Part shown: one piece after another, positions 1-9,570 of the stretch | Numbering within the stretch: the stretch's first letter is position 1 | Layout: each line of letters begins with the position of its first letter | From: a virus | Taxonomy: Duplodnaviria; Caudoviricetes | IMG/VR virus record: IMGVR_UViG_3300030012_001811 | Location: 1-53,937 of that record | DNA length: 53,937 bases | Direction: 5' to 3' (one strand) | The notes under the pieces: generated by a model | What the model was told of the DNA's origin: nothing | The model's database searches: none | What the model saw: the letters and a program-made list of their open reading frames with translations, nothing else | Position numbers and translations under genes: made by a program

Positions 1-119
1 GGTGTTTTGGATTGGTGGGATCAAGCAATGCAGTCAAGACTTAATGATCCGAAGACTGGTGCTTTTGTAATTATAATGCAGAGAGTTCATGAGAATGATC
101 TGACAGGACACATACTTGC
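1..119. repeat. Terminal direct repeat, left copy (circular overlap)
   Basis: 1-119 matches 53819-53937 except G51/A53869 and G93/A53911. Confidence 0.97.
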
Positions 120-942
120 GAATGAGTATGATGACTGGGATCACCTTTGCCTTCCTGCAAGATATGAGGTTGGTCATCCAACACATGCAAGATCCAGTCT
201 TAACTTTGCAGATCCAAGAACCAAAGAGGGAGATCTGCTTTGGCCAGAGAGGATTGACGAGAGAACATTATCAAAATTAGAGAGATCTCTTGGATCCTAT
301 GCTGCAGCAGGACAACTACAACAGCGACCAATGCCCAAAGGTGGTGGAATATTAAGAGCTGAGTGGTGGGTGCCATGGGAAAAAGATGAGCTACCAGACA
401 TAGAATATGTTATACAATCTTGGGACACAGCTTTCTCAACAAAAGAAAAATCATCATATTCTGCTAGAACAACTTGGGGAGTGTTCCGCAAAAATGGCGA
501 GATGAATGCCATAGTTTTGGACATGTGGTATGACAGAGTCACATATCCAGAGTTGAGAAAGATCGCACAAGAGGCATATGAGGACTATGAACCAGACGCT
601 GTTTTGATAGAAAAGAAAGCATCTGGCCAAAGTTTGTTGCAAGATTTACGCATGGCAGGTGTGCCTGTAATCCCTTATTCTCCTGATCGAGACAAGGAGG
701 CAAGAGCTCATGCAGCATCTGCTCTTTTGGAAGATGGAAGAATTTACTTTCCTTACGACAAAAAATGGAGTAAAAATTTAATAGACATTTGTGCAGCATT
801 TCCAGCAGGAGAAAATGACGACATAGTTGACACTTGTACTCAGGCATGGTTAAGACTGCGAAAAGGTTGGTTTGTTACTCACTCAGAAGATTATGAGGAG
901 GATGATGAACCAAAAAAGAGAAGGGTGACAATGTATGGCTGA
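1..942 (+). CDS. terL: Terminase large subunit, C-terminal part (continues from 53255 across the junction; about 501 aa in total)
   Basis: In frame with the ORF at 53255; IIMQRVHENDL motif, nuclease-domain QSWDTA, LIEKKASG and FPAGENDDIVD. Confidence 0.95.
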   Translation, partial: GVLDWWDQAMQSRLNDPKTGAFVIIMQRVHENDLTGHILANEYDDWDHLCLPARYEVGHPTHARSSLNFADPRTKEGDLLWPERIDERTLSKLERSLGSYAAAGQLQQRPMPKGGGILRAEWWVPWEKDELPDIEYVIQSWDTAFSTKEKSSYSARTTWGVFRKNGEMNAIVLDMWYDRVTYPELRKIAQEAYEDYEPDAVLIEKKASGQSLLQDLRMAGVPVIPYSPDRDKEARAHAASALLEDGRIYFPYDKKWSKNLIDICAAFPAGENDDIVDTCTQAWLRLRKGWFVTHSEDYEEDDEPKKRRVTMYG

Positions 943-3364
943 AGATCCAATCCCATTTGCTGAAGGTGCTCCACCAGACAATCTACAAGTAGAAGATTTT
1001 GGCGATGATGTTTTAATCGGAGATCCAATGCTTGATGTCGTTGAGGAGGAGCCAACAGAGTTCGATGCCAACTTAGCGATGGTGATAGACCAAAGTGATC
1101 TTGACAAGAAAGCATCGTCATTAGTATCTGACTACAACAGCGACAAAGAAGCAAGAAAAGATTGGGAAGAAAGATACAAAAAAGGTTTGGAGACTTTGGA
1201 TCCAGAGGGTGGTCTTGAGGAGAGCGATGAAGAGAGAGCAAGCAGAGGTCTGAGCACAGTTGTCCATCCTATGATATCAGAGGCAGCAACACAATTCAAC
1301 GCCAGAGCGATTGCAGAGCTTTACCCATCTGGTGGTCCAGTCAAGACTGTTATAATCGGTGAGCCAAATGACGAGACAGAAGAGCAAGCTCGCAGAGTAA
1401 AACAATTTATGAATTATCAAATACAAGAGCAGATGCCAGAGTACTTTCCAGACTTGGATCAGATGCTGTTCCAGTTGCCACTTGTTGGTCAAGCTTTTAA
1501 AAAGGTCTGGTGGGATGCGAACAAAGATAGGCAATGTTCCAAGTTCGTCAAAGCTGAAGACTTTGTTGTTGCACCAGAGAGCACAGATCTCTACACATCA
1601 CAAAGATACACCCATGTCATTAGAATGCCAAAGAATGATTATAATATGTATGTCGAGTCTGGTTGGTATCTGCCCATAGAATATTCAGGTGACGGATCTA
1701 GTTACATGGACGCTGTTAATGAAGATGTTGAGGGCATAAGCTCTGGGACACAAGATAACATTGTCACTCTTTTGGAGATGCACGTCTATGAAGCATTTGT
1801 TGGAATCGATGGTGTTGAGAATGAAGATGACGAGAACATGGTCAGACTCCCTTATGTTATAACCATAGATCAAGATTCTGAAAAGATAGTTTCTGTCAGA
1901 AGAAATTATTACGAGGGAGACGAGAAAAAGAAAAAGAGAGACTGGTTTGTTAGCTACAAGTTCCTTCCTGGAGTTGGATTCTATGGGTTTGGTTTATATC
2001 ACATGATCGGAGGACTTGGCAAAGCTGCAACAGGTTCATTAAGAGCTTTGCTTGATTCTGCTGCATTTGCGAATATGCAAGGTGGCTTTAAGTTAAAAGG
2101 CAGAGTAACAGGTGGCGAGATAGATGTTAATCCTGGAGAGTTTGTTGATCTGGATGCGACAGTTGACGATGTCAACAAGGCAGTGATGCCTTTGCCTTTC
2201 AAAGAACCATCAGGCACATTATTTAATTTGCTTGGTTTGATTGTACAGGCAGGACAGCGTTTTGCTAGCACAGCCGACTTAAATGTCGGAGACGTAAACC
2301 CAAATGCTCCCGTGGGGTCAACTGTCGCACTTATTGAGCAAGGATCAAAGTCTTTTTCAGCGATCCATAAAAGATTGCATTATTCTCAAGGGCAAGAGTT
2401 TAAAATGCTCGCTAGATTAAATGCAGAGTATCTACCAGAGTCTTTTAGTTTTGCAGTTGCTGGTGCAGCAGAAAATATTTATGCAGCAGATTTTAACGAG
2501 CGAATAGACATAATACCAGTCAGCGATCCTAATATCTTTAGCACTGCCCAGAGGATAGCACAAGCACAAGCCATACTTGAGATGGCAAGATCCGCACCTC
2601 AACTTCATGATCTTTATGAAGCATACAAAAGAATGTATGAGGCAATAAGAATACCAAATATCCCAGAAGTTTTAAAAGAGCCTGCTGAGGCAGCAAGACT
2701 TGATCCCATTGACGAGAATATGTCGATAATGTTCGGCAAGCCAATCAAAGCTTTCCCTGAACAAAACCACGATGCGCATATTGCAGTTCACACGCAGTTC
2801 TTATCAGATCCATCATTAGCAGGCAATCCTGCAGCAAGAGGACTACAGCCAGTGTTGATCGCACATATCGCAGAGCACATTGCCTTGTTATATCGTCAAC
2901 GCATGGAAGCAGGCATCGGAATGCCATTGCCAAACTTACCGAACATCAGAGATCCAAAGTTTAAGTTCGAGGATATTGATCCAGAAATGGATATGTTGAT
3001 TAGTCAGAGAGCTGCACAAGTTGTACAACAAGCTCCACAGATGGCACCAATACAAGGTCTGGCAGGAGCTAACCAAAGACAGAATCCTCTACAATATGCT
3101 CAACAGCTCGCACAACTTGAAGCACAGGCATTGCAACAAAGAACACAATCAGAGATTGCTGCTGATCAAGCCAGAGCAAAATCAGATATTCAGATAGATC
3201 AAGCCAAAGCACAACAGGATCTGCAAGTACAACAAGCCAAAGTCCAAGCAGAGCTACAGGCAAAAGTTTTAAAGCTTGAGGCAGACTTAGCACTTGAAAG
3301 AGAAAAAAATCAAGCTAAACTAAATATGGAGATGATGAAACGCAATGACCCAACGAATGACTGA
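935..3364 (+). CDS. Portal protein with Gln-rich C-terminal coiled coil
   Basis: 809 aa directly after terL; P22-like portal features (AFKKVWWD, FYGFGLYH, IDIIPVSDPNIFS) and a long Q/A helical tail. Confidence 0.88.
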   Translation: MAEDPIPFAEGAPPDNLQVEDFGDDVLIGDPMLDVVEEEPTEFDANLAMVIDQSDLDKKASSLVSDYNSDKEARKDWEERYKKGLETLDPEGGLEESDEERASRGLSTVVHPMISEAATQFNARAIAELYPSGGPVKTVIIGEPNDETEEQARRVKQFMNYQIQEQMPEYFPDLDQMLFQLPLVGQAFKKVWWDANKDRQCSKFVKAEDFVVAPESTDLYTSQRYTHVIRMPKNDYNMYVESGWYLPIEYSGDGSSYMDAVNEDVEGISSGTQDNIVTLLEMHVYEAFVGIDGVENEDDENMVRLPYVITIDQDSEKIVSVRRNYYEGDEKKKKRDWFVSYKFLPGVGFYGFGLYHMIGGLGKAATGSLRALLDSAAFANMQGGFKLKGRVTGGEIDVNPGEFVDLDATVDDVNKAVMPLPFKEPSGTLFNLLGLIVQAGQRFASTADLNVGDVNPNAPVGSTVALIEQGSKSFSAIHKRLHYSQGQEFKMLARLNAEYLPESFSFAVAGAAENIYAADFNERIDIIPVSDPNIFSTAQRIAQAQAILEMARSAPQLHDLYEAYKRMYEAIRIPNIPEVLKEPAEAARLDPIDENMSIMFGKPIKAFPEQNHDAHIAVHTQFLSDPSLAGNPAARGLQPVLIAHIAEHIALLYRQRMEAGIGMPLPNLPNIRDPKFKFEDIDPEMDMLISQRAAQVVQQAPQMAPIQGLAGANQRQNPLQYAQQLAQLEAQALQQRTQSEIAADQARAKSDIQIDQAKAQQDLQVQQAKVQAELQAKVLKLEADLALEREKNQAKLNMEMMKRNDPTND

Positions 3365-3920
3365 TATGATAGCTAATGTTATGCCGATGGCACCAGTTAA
3401 TCCTGGAGCATTTAGTGGTATAGGTTCTGGATCAATAACTCAAGCTGAGATGGATGCAATGATGAGGGCACAAATGCCCAGACCAGAGATGAGACCAACA
3501 GGTTCTGGATCAACAACCCAACAAGAAGTTGATGCTTATATGAGATCATTACTTACAAGACCAGAGATGAGACCAACTGGTTCTGGGTCAACAACTCAAG
3601 CAGAAATGGATGCTATGCAAAGAAACATGCCAGCGATTGATCTGACATCCCAAGAGAGCATGATGAATTATCTTATGGAAAAAGTCGAGCAGATCCGTGA
3701 GAGGACAGGTGCTCAAGGTCAAGAGGGTATGGGTGCTCTCGAGGCATTGTTAAAATCTTTGCCTAAGGGCAGACTTGATGGTGCGATGCCTCAGGGTTCA
3801 ATGCGTGATGGTCAGCGAACTTATTTTGAGAATCAAAGATTTGATAATATAGATCCTGGAATGGTCAGAAACGTCAATCCTGGAATGGATCAAGGTATGG
3901 TTAGGAGGATGCAAAAATAA
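3345..3920 (+). CDS. Met-rich hypothetical protein with 26-aa repeats
   Basis: Overlaps portal stop; repeats of RPEMRPTGSGSTTQxExDA. Confidence 0.75.
   Translation: MTQRMTDMIANVMPMAPVNPGAFSGIGSGSITQAEMDAMMRAQMPRPEMRPTGSGSTTQQEVDAYMRSLLTRPEMRPTGSGSTTQAEMDAMQRNMPAIDLTSQESMMNYLMEKVEQIRERTGAQGQEGMGALEALLKSLPKGRLDGAMPQGSMRDGQRTYFENQRFDNIDPGMVRNVNPGMDQGMVRRMQK
3423..3614 (+). repeat. Three imperfect 78-nt intragenic tandem repeats
   Basis: GGTTCTGG(A/G)TCAA(T/C)AAC...GATGC recurs at about 3423, 3501 and 3579. Confidence 0.85.
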
Positions 3921-4663
3921 TGTCAAGAAACCCTTTACTAGAAGCATACTTAGCAAGCACGAGACCTAGACAGCCAAACATGGCGATGACAGAAGTTGAT
4001 AGTCTTTTTAATCCTTACACATACACTAGCATGAATGATGCAACAAGAGTTGCAAGTCTCCCTAATGTGGAAAGTGATGCAGAGACATTTTCTTCAATGA
4101 CCACTCCTGAACTTCCAACTAGCTCATCTGGTTATCCTCTTTTGTTTAGGGAACAACCAGTGAAACAGGAAGCTGTGAATACACAACCTGTAGCAACTCA
4201 AACCCAAATGAGTCCATATGATCAGTTTCAAAGAAACATTAAAGAGAATGTTTTTAATCCAAGAACCAATGAGTTCGAACCAACAACTTATTTGCTTGAC
4301 AGGATAGCTCCAAACTATTCGCAAAGAATAACAAACTTTATGACAGGTGCAACGCCAGATATGTCGCAAGGTAAACTTGATGCCATTCAACAAAATGTCA
4401 GAGATGTTCAACAGAATGTTTTGGATACAACAGCAGCAATGCCTGTAGGATCTACTACTCAAGAAATATTTGATCAAGCACAACAAAATTTCACAGGCTT
4501 TGATACGCAAGGCAACTTTATTGGACCAACAGATCCTGGAACAGCAGCAATGCAGAGAGCAGGAAGACTGCCAGATCCAGAACCAGGATTTGCACAAGAT
4601 TTTTTCAGCAGTCTTTTCGGTGGAGGTGATGATGGCGACAGTAACAGCATTTTTAATTTTTAA
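3920..4663 (+). CDS. Hypothetical low-complexity (Q/T/P-rich) protein, possibly internal virion protein
   Basis: TAATG coupling on both sides; location in head module. Confidence 0.7.
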   Translation: MSRNPLLEAYLASTRPRQPNMAMTEVDSLFNPYTYTSMNDATRVASLPNVESDAETFSSMTTPELPTSSSGYPLLFREQPVKQEAVNTQPVATQTQMSPYDQFQRNIKENVFNPRTNEFEPTTYLLDRIAPNYSQRITNFMTGATPDMSQGKLDAIQQNVRDVQQNVLDTTAAMPVGSTTQEIFDQAQQNFTGFDTQGNFIGPTDPGTAAMQRAGRLPDPEPGFAQDFFSSLFGGGDDGDSNSIFNF

Positions 4664-4863
4664 TGGAGTTGGTCTTTGCCTTATATGTCTATATCGGCAG
4701 TGCAGTCAAACCACCAACAATATATTTTTACGACATCAACAGGTGCAGATACTTTGCAAGGAGAATGATGGGTCAACCCAGAGAGCCAACAGAAGGCAAA
4801 AAGAAGATTACAGCACTTTGTAAGATGGAGAAAGTTAAAACAGGAACCAAAATTTATTATTGA
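4663..4863 (+). CDS. Small hypothetical protein
   Basis: TAATG-coupled 66-aa ORF with hydrophobic N-terminus. Confidence 0.65.
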   Translation: MELVFALYVYIGSAVKPPTIYFYDINRCRYFARRMMGQPREPTEGKKKITALCKMEKVKTGTKIYY

Positions 4864-4874
4864 AGGAGATCTAA

Positions 4875-5159
4875 ATGGCAGAAGTAGAAATAGACAACAT
4901 GGAAAAGAATGCAGAACTGTTTATGGAGAAGATGGGTTTTGCGCATGACAGTGAAGGTTTAGAGCTTAGTGACGATCAACTTGTAAATTTTTTATTGCTT
5001 TGTCACCAAATGGAATATGGCATTGGTGAAGAGGAAGAAGAAATGAAAGAGGATGGTGACGAGATGAAAGTCAAGATTATGAAAGTTCATGCAGGTGATA
5101 TGTCAGACGTTATGAATCAAATGCTTGGACATGGTGGTCCAAAGATGATGGAGGATTAA
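4875..5159 (+). CDS. Acidic hypothetical protein
   Basis: AAGGAG RBS; 94 aa. Confidence 0.75.
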   Translation: MAEVEIDNMEKNAELFMEKMGFAHDSEGLELSDDQLVNFLLLCHQMEYGIGEEEEEMKEDGDEMKVKIMKVHAGDMSDVMNQMLGHGGPKMMED

Positions 5160-5573
5160 ATGCCTGCAGGATCTAGAGTAGTAAAAGGTGTGCTTGATCT
5201 TTTGAAAGATCAATATAATGGAAAAGCAACTCCTAATATGCAACGTCCAACTATGGATGAAACTCTTGAGGGCAAAGGAATGTCAACGAGAGAAAGTGTG
5301 ACTCCAGCAGTCTTTGATCCTATGTCCACTGCTGGTGAGGCAGTAGAAAATTTCGGAACAGGCAAAGAATCTATTATCTCAGACGATGATGTTGTTAAAA
5401 TGATAATAGCAGACCTCAAAGGAAATAGGCTTATAAGTGAGGGAGCAAGTGCCGATGAGATATTTGAGTATGCTGAAAGTATAGCAAGCTCTAAAAACGA
5501 ATCAATGAGCAAAGTAGGAAACATCTTGATGAGTCCAAAAGCTCAAATGGTTTACATGGATGATGATTTTTAA
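5160..5573 (+). CDS. Hypothetical protein with GSRVVKGVL N-terminal leader
   Basis: GGAGG RBS; leader resembles those of 7782 and 8513. Confidence 0.72.
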   Translation: MPAGSRVVKGVLDLLKDQYNGKATPNMQRPTMDETLEGKGMSTRESVTPAVFDPMSTAGEAVENFGTGKESIISDDDVVKMIIADLKGNRLISEGASADEIFEYAESIASSKNESMSKVGNILMSPKAQMVYMDDDF

Positions 5574-5585
5574 GGGAGCTGACTT

Positions 5586-5708
5586 ATGCCTTTCAGTAAA
5601 TATTCAAAGAAGCAAAAGAAACTCGCAGCAGTGGCACCACCTCGTAAAAAAATAACAGGTGCTGATTTTAAAAAACTCAAGAAGAAAAAAGGTAAAAAGA
5701 AAAAATGA
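5586..5708 (+). CDS. Lysine-rich micro-protein (40 aa)
   Basis: Own translation MPFSKYSKKQKKLAAVAPPRKKITGADFKKLKKKKGKKKK; GGGAG RBS; below the ORF-track cutoff. Confidence 0.7.
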   Translation: MPFSKYSKKQKKLAAVAPPRKKITGADFKKLKKKKGKKKK

Positions 5709-5860
5709 GTTTATATGAAAACATTCACGCCAAGAGAAAACGTGGCGAAAAGATGAGAAAGAAAGGTGCTAAAGGTGCACCAAAGATAGGAACATTTAAA
5801 AAAATTGCTGCAAAGCAAAAGAAGAAAAAAGGAAAAAAGAATGGCAAAAAAGTCAGTTGA
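5705..5860 (+). CDS. Lysine-rich micro-protein (51 aa)
   Basis: ATGA overlap; MSLYENIHAKRKRGEKMRKKGAKGAP... Confidence 0.7.
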   Translation: MSLYENIHAKRKRGEKMRKKGAKGAPKIGTFKKIAAKQKKKKGKKNGKKVS

Positions 5861-5996
5861 GGCACCAAAAGGTTTTCACTGGATGAAAGCTGGCAAAGGT
5901 TATAAGCTTATGAAGAATCCTCCAGGAGGATACAAACCACACAAAGGTGCAAGTCAAAAAGCAACATTTGAAATACAAAAAATACATAAAAAATAA
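5841..5996 (+). CDS. Basic micro-protein (51 aa)
   Basis: MAKKSVEAPKGFHWMK...; AGGA RBS; ATG 5841 preferred over TTG 5805. Confidence 0.72.
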   Translation: MAKKSVEAPKGFHWMKAGKGYKLMKNPPGGYKPHKGASQKATFEIQKIHKK

Positions 5997-6292
5997 TGGC
6001 TAAGAAAAAACCAGATCCAAAAAAGGGAACAGGTAAAAAGCCAAAAGGATCAGACAGGAGATTATACACCGATGAAAACCCCAAAGATACAGTCTCTATT
6101 AAATTTGCCACTGTGGCAGATGCCCAAGCAACTGCTCGTAAGGTTAAGCGGATCAATAAGCCTTACGCAAGGAAAATTCAAATCCTTACTGTCATGGAAC
6201 AGCGAGCCAAAGTCGCAGGCAAAAACAAGCAAGCCCAAATCGCAAAGAAAGCCAAAGAGCAAATCAGGGCAAAAGAAAAAGTAAAGAAGTAA
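5996..6292 (+). CDS. Basic hypothetical protein
   Basis: TAATG-coupled; PKKGTGKKPKGSDRRLYTDENPKDTV. Confidence 0.78.
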   Translation: MAKKKPDPKKGTGKKPKGSDRRLYTDENPKDTVSIKFATVADAQATARKVKRINKPYARKIQILTVMEQRAKVAGKNKQAQIAKKAKEQIRAKEKVKK

Positions 6293-6549
6293 TGGCAACA
6301 TACAAAGGCAGAAAAGTAACACTGAACAAACCTAGACGCATCCGCAAAGGTGAGACAAGCTTTGGCAAAAAGAAATCAGTTGTCTTTGTGATGGATGGCG
6401 ATAAAGTAAAAAGGGTAACATTTGGTGATCCTAACATGAGAATCAAAAAGAATCAAAAAGGTCGCAGGAGTAACTTTCGCTCGAGACACAACTGTGATAA
6501 TCCTGGACCAAAGACAAAAGCAAGATACTGGTCTTGCAAGGCTTGGTGA
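6292..6549 (+). CDS. Basic protein with FRSRHNC...ARYWSCKAW motif (possible Zn-binding)
   Basis: TAATG-coupled; motif type familiar from small aquatic-phage proteins. Confidence 0.8.
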   Translation: MATYKGRKVTLNKPRRIRKGETSFGKKKSVVFVMDGDKVKRVTFGDPNMRIKKNQKGRRSNFRSRHNCDNPGPKTKARYWSCKAW

Positions 6550-6550
6550 C

Positions 6551-6736
6551 ATGAGCAAAGCAGCAATTAAAAAAGTAGCACAAGCCGAGATCCGAGCAGC
6601 AAAAAGCTTTTTGGACAAAAGGAACTTGCAAAACATAAGTCCTAAGAAGTTTGCCATTGCAGCAAAAGAACTTGATAAAGGTTTCCAAGACACTCTAAAA
6701 GTATTAATAAAAGAACTTTCTGGAGGTCAAGTATGA
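6551..6736 (+). CDS. Basic hypothetical protein (61 aa)
   Basis: ATG 6551 follows the previous stop; ATGA overlap with the next gene. Confidence 0.7.
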   Translation: MSKAAIKKVAQAEIRAAKSFLDKRNLQNISPKKFAIAAKELDKGFQDTLKVLIKELSGGQV

Positions 6737-7782
6737 ATCACGACAAACCTATATTCTCTAAAAGTCAAGCTGGAGCAGAGATGTTTGCAGCACCAGATCC
6801 AACTATGAGAACTAGGACAAGAGACTTTATACAAAACTATCTAACAAATATTTTAGGGCAGAACACAGCAAGACAATATGCGGAGAACATAGCAGGAGCA
6901 GATCCAAATAATCCTATGCCAAGAAATCCTTTAGGCATCGGTGCTGCAGACTTTACACCTCTTGGTTTGTTGTTCGCAGGTCAAGAGATCAAAAGAGATT
7001 TTGATAAAGCATCAAGACCATTGGACTATGTTGCACCAACCATCGGTGGAGCTTTAAGTGTTGCTGAAGCTTTTCCATTAACAAAAGTTATGGTCAGAGG
7101 AGTTTCTAAACCAGTTGTTGGCTTTCTCTCAAACCTTAACAGAAAGTCTGTTGACAGCGAAGCAGATTTAAAAATCCCAGAAAAGCCAGAACCATTGATG
7201 ACATCTCCTGGACCAAAGACCACTAGGGATGATGAGACAAATGTTAAGCCACCAAAGAAAGGTGTATCGAGAAGGAATGTGTTAAAAGGGATTGCGGCAG
7301 CACCAGTCGCAGCAGGAGCATTAAGTGAGATCCCTGCAGGCAAACTTATAGAGGACATCGCACCAGTTGCTAAAAAAGCTATACCCAAGCTACCAACAGA
7401 TGTAACAAGTCTCTCATCATTTCAAAAAGCAATGGACATGTTAAACATGGAAGTTGGTATCGATGAAGCAGGCATGATGACTAAACAAGAGCTTAAAGAC
7501 ATTGGCATTGCTGATCCTGATAATATGATTGATGATGATTTTATCCAGATAGGTCGTGCGGTTGAGGAGCAATCCAGTTTCCCAATGTCTGAGCTAGAGA
7601 TCCTAGATATGGAAAGCACAAACATAAAGAGATATTTAGATGGAGAGATATCTTTGGATGAGGTTGACACAGGATCTGTCCCTGTCGCTGGACCAGTTTT
7701 AAGGCAACTAGAAACAGTTTACAAACTTGACAAAAAGCAGATAAGAGATTATTTGATAGAAAATGAAGTATTGGAGGACTGA
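6733..7782 (+). CDS. Hypothetical protein with internal twin-arginine (Tat)-like motif, paralogue 1
   Basis: GGAGG RBS; SRRNVLKGIAAAPVAAGALSEIP near residue 180. Confidence 0.8.
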   Translation: MNHDKPIFSKSQAGAEMFAAPDPTMRTRTRDFIQNYLTNILGQNTARQYAENIAGADPNNPMPRNPLGIGAADFTPLGLLFAGQEIKRDFDKASRPLDYVAPTIGGALSVAEAFPLTKVMVRGVSKPVVGFLSNLNRKSVDSEADLKIPEKPEPLMTSPGPKTTRDDETNVKPPKKGVSRRNVLKGIAAAPVAAGALSEIPAGKLIEDIAPVAKKAIPKLPTDVTSLSSFQKAMDMLNMEVGIDEAGMMTKQELKDIGIADPDNMIDDDFIQIGRAVEEQSSFPMSELEILDMESTNIKRYLDGEISLDEVDTGSVPVAGPVLRQLETVYKLDKKQIRDYLIENEVLED

Positions 7783-8513
7783 TGAGCATTGGCTCCAAAA
7801 TAGTTAAAGGAGTTCTTGGTAGGTTGACTGGCGACACTCCGACTCCTAAAAAGCAGGGAGCTTTGCCTGAAGATGATCAACCAAAAGCTGGTATGAGTAG
7901 AAGAGGGGTGCTAACAGGAATGGCTGCAACTCCATTAGTGGCAGGAGCATTGAGCGAGATCCCAGTGCAAAAAGCTGTTGACAAGTTTGAAGGTGGTTTT
8001 AAGACAGTCCTTGGTCAGCCTAAGTTCGAACCAATAATAAAGGGTGTTGGCGATTTCAAAAGCTTTGATGATGAGTTGAAACTCGGATCAGAAGTATATA
8101 CAATATTAACAGGGGAAAAAGTTACACCCAAAGAACTTCTTAAAAGAGATATGGCTGAATATTTATATTTTCAAGAAAGAGGAGAAAGTCCAACACTTTT
8201 GGATTTTGCTGTTGAGGGAACAGGCAGAGAGCCAATTTATAGAGTGTTGGAAGATCTATCAAAAGATGCTTTACAGGAAGATTTTGCTAAAATTGCTCCA
8301 GTAATGGAAAAATATCTTGGCAAAGCTGATGACTATCGGTATGGAAGCATGGAGGGTATTAACACCACTATTGATCTTTTTTATAAAGAGAATCCGAACT
8401 ATGCAGGGCAAAACACAGGAACTTTTGATGAAGACATTGTTAAATGGCTTAAATCAAAAGGAGTGCATAAAACAAAGTATTATAAAGATCTTGAAAAAGC
8501 AGGCGATCGATAA
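7782..8513 (+). CDS. Tat-like-motif paralogue 2
   Basis: MSIGSKIVKGVLGRL leader; MSRRGVLTGMAATPLVAGALSEIP. Confidence 0.8.
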   Translation: MSIGSKIVKGVLGRLTGDTPTPKKQGALPEDDQPKAGMSRRGVLTGMAATPLVAGALSEIPVQKAVDKFEGGFKTVLGQPKFEPIIKGVGDFKSFDDELKLGSEVYTILTGEKVTPKELLKRDMAEYLYFQERGESPTLLDFAVEGTGREPIYRVLEDLSKDALQEDFAKIAPVMEKYLGKADDYRYGSMEGINTTIDLFYKENPNYAGQNTGTFDEDIVKWLKSKGVHKTKYYKDLEKAGDR

Positions 8514-9091
8514 TGAGCATAGGCTCTAAAATAGTCAAAGGAGTTCTCGGAAGATTGGCTGGCGATACTCCGACTAAAGTTGTTTCTGATGAGGAGCCAA
8601 AAGCTAGAATGAGCAGGAGAGGAGTTCTTCAAGGACTTGCAGCAGCACCAGTGGCAGGAGCACTTGGGGAGATACCAGTCGGAAAAATAATAGATGACTT
8701 TGCACCAGTTTCTAAAAAAGTTGTTAAGACTATTCCAAAAAATGCATTTGATATACCTATATTCAGACAGACATTAAATAATGAAATAGCAAAGGAAATA
8801 TTGGCAGGCAAACATGGTAACGAATTAAAAGACATTGCTGAAGAAAATTTAGAAGATGCCATTGAAATGATAGACACAGATCAAGACTTTCAAGTTATGA
8901 GGGATGCTTATGATTGGTTTAGGAGTGGTAAAAAAGGTGATGCACCGAATGACTTCGCAAAGCTGATGGATGAGGAATATTCTAATACAGATCCAAATGA
9001 GGTAGCAAATGTTATAGGAGACTCAAATCAAGCAGGGTTAGAGAACTGGCAAGAAACACAAAAATTAAAAGAAAATTTAGATAATGACTAG
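8513..9091 (+). CDS. Tat-like-motif paralogue 3
   Basis: MSIGSKIVKGVLGRL leader; MSRRGVLQGLAAAPVAGALGEIP. Confidence 0.8.
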   Translation: MSIGSKIVKGVLGRLAGDTPTKVVSDEEPKARMSRRGVLQGLAAAPVAGALGEIPVGKIIDDFAPVSKKVVKTIPKNAFDIPIFRQTLNNEIAKEILAGKHGNELKDIAEENLEDAIEMIDTDQDFQVMRDAYDWFRSGKKGDAPNDFAKLMDEEYSNTDPNEVANVIGDSNQAGLENWQETQKLKENLDND

Positions 9092-9302
9092 AAAATTTAA
9101 AAAACAACCAAAAACCAAAAAAGGTGTCAATGTCAAGTATGTGCGTGGTGCAAAGAATCCAAAAGCACAAGAAGCAGAGATCAAAAGTACAGCGAAAAAA
9201 TATCGCGAGGGAACGCTGACCAAAGCAGAAATGGAACGCATAGCTAAAAGGAGATCCAAGAATGTCAAAAAAAGCTACAAAAAAGCCAGCAAAAAAAAGT
9301 AA
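9084..9302 (+). CDS. Lysine-rich small protein
   Basis: 72 aa, highly basic, overlaps neighbours. Confidence 0.72.
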   Translation: MTRKFKKQPKTKKGVNVKYVRGAKNPKAQEAEIKSTAKKYREGTLTKAEMERIAKRRSKNVKKSYKKASKKK

Positions 9303-9570
9303 GAAGAAGTCTGGTGGAGGTCTTGAGGCAGCAATAGCAAAGTACAGCAAGTCCTCTGGTTTCTCAAAAGAAAAATTAAGAAAAGTTGCAAAAAGAGGCA
9401 TGGGTGCATATTATTCTTCTGGATCCCGTCCTGGACAAACGCCAACATCATGGGCGATCGGTAGGGTAAGATCATTCGCCACTGGTAAAGGTGGAGCACG
9501 CAAAGCAGATTCAGACTTGCTTAAAGGCAAGAAAAAGAGTAAAACTAAAAAGACTAGTAAAAAGTCATGA
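9262..9570 (+). CDS. Basic protein with RGMGAYYSSGSRPG...WAIGRVRSF motif
   Basis: AAGGAG RBS; motif type familiar from viral DNA-associated proteins. Confidence 0.78.
   Translation: MSKKATKKPAKKSKKKSGGGLEAAIAKYSKSSGFSKEKLRKVAKRGMGAYYSSGSRPGQTPTSWAIGRVRSFATGKGGARKADSDLLKGKKKSKTKKTSKKS

Noticed and set aside
7-942. Stand-alone 311-aa ORF or split terminase
   Set aside because: It is the 3' part of terL, cut by the circular junction and in frame with 53255.
3423-3614. Regularly spaced repeats as a CRISPR mini-array
   Set aside because: Degenerate at third codon positions and in frame within an ORF; no cas genes.
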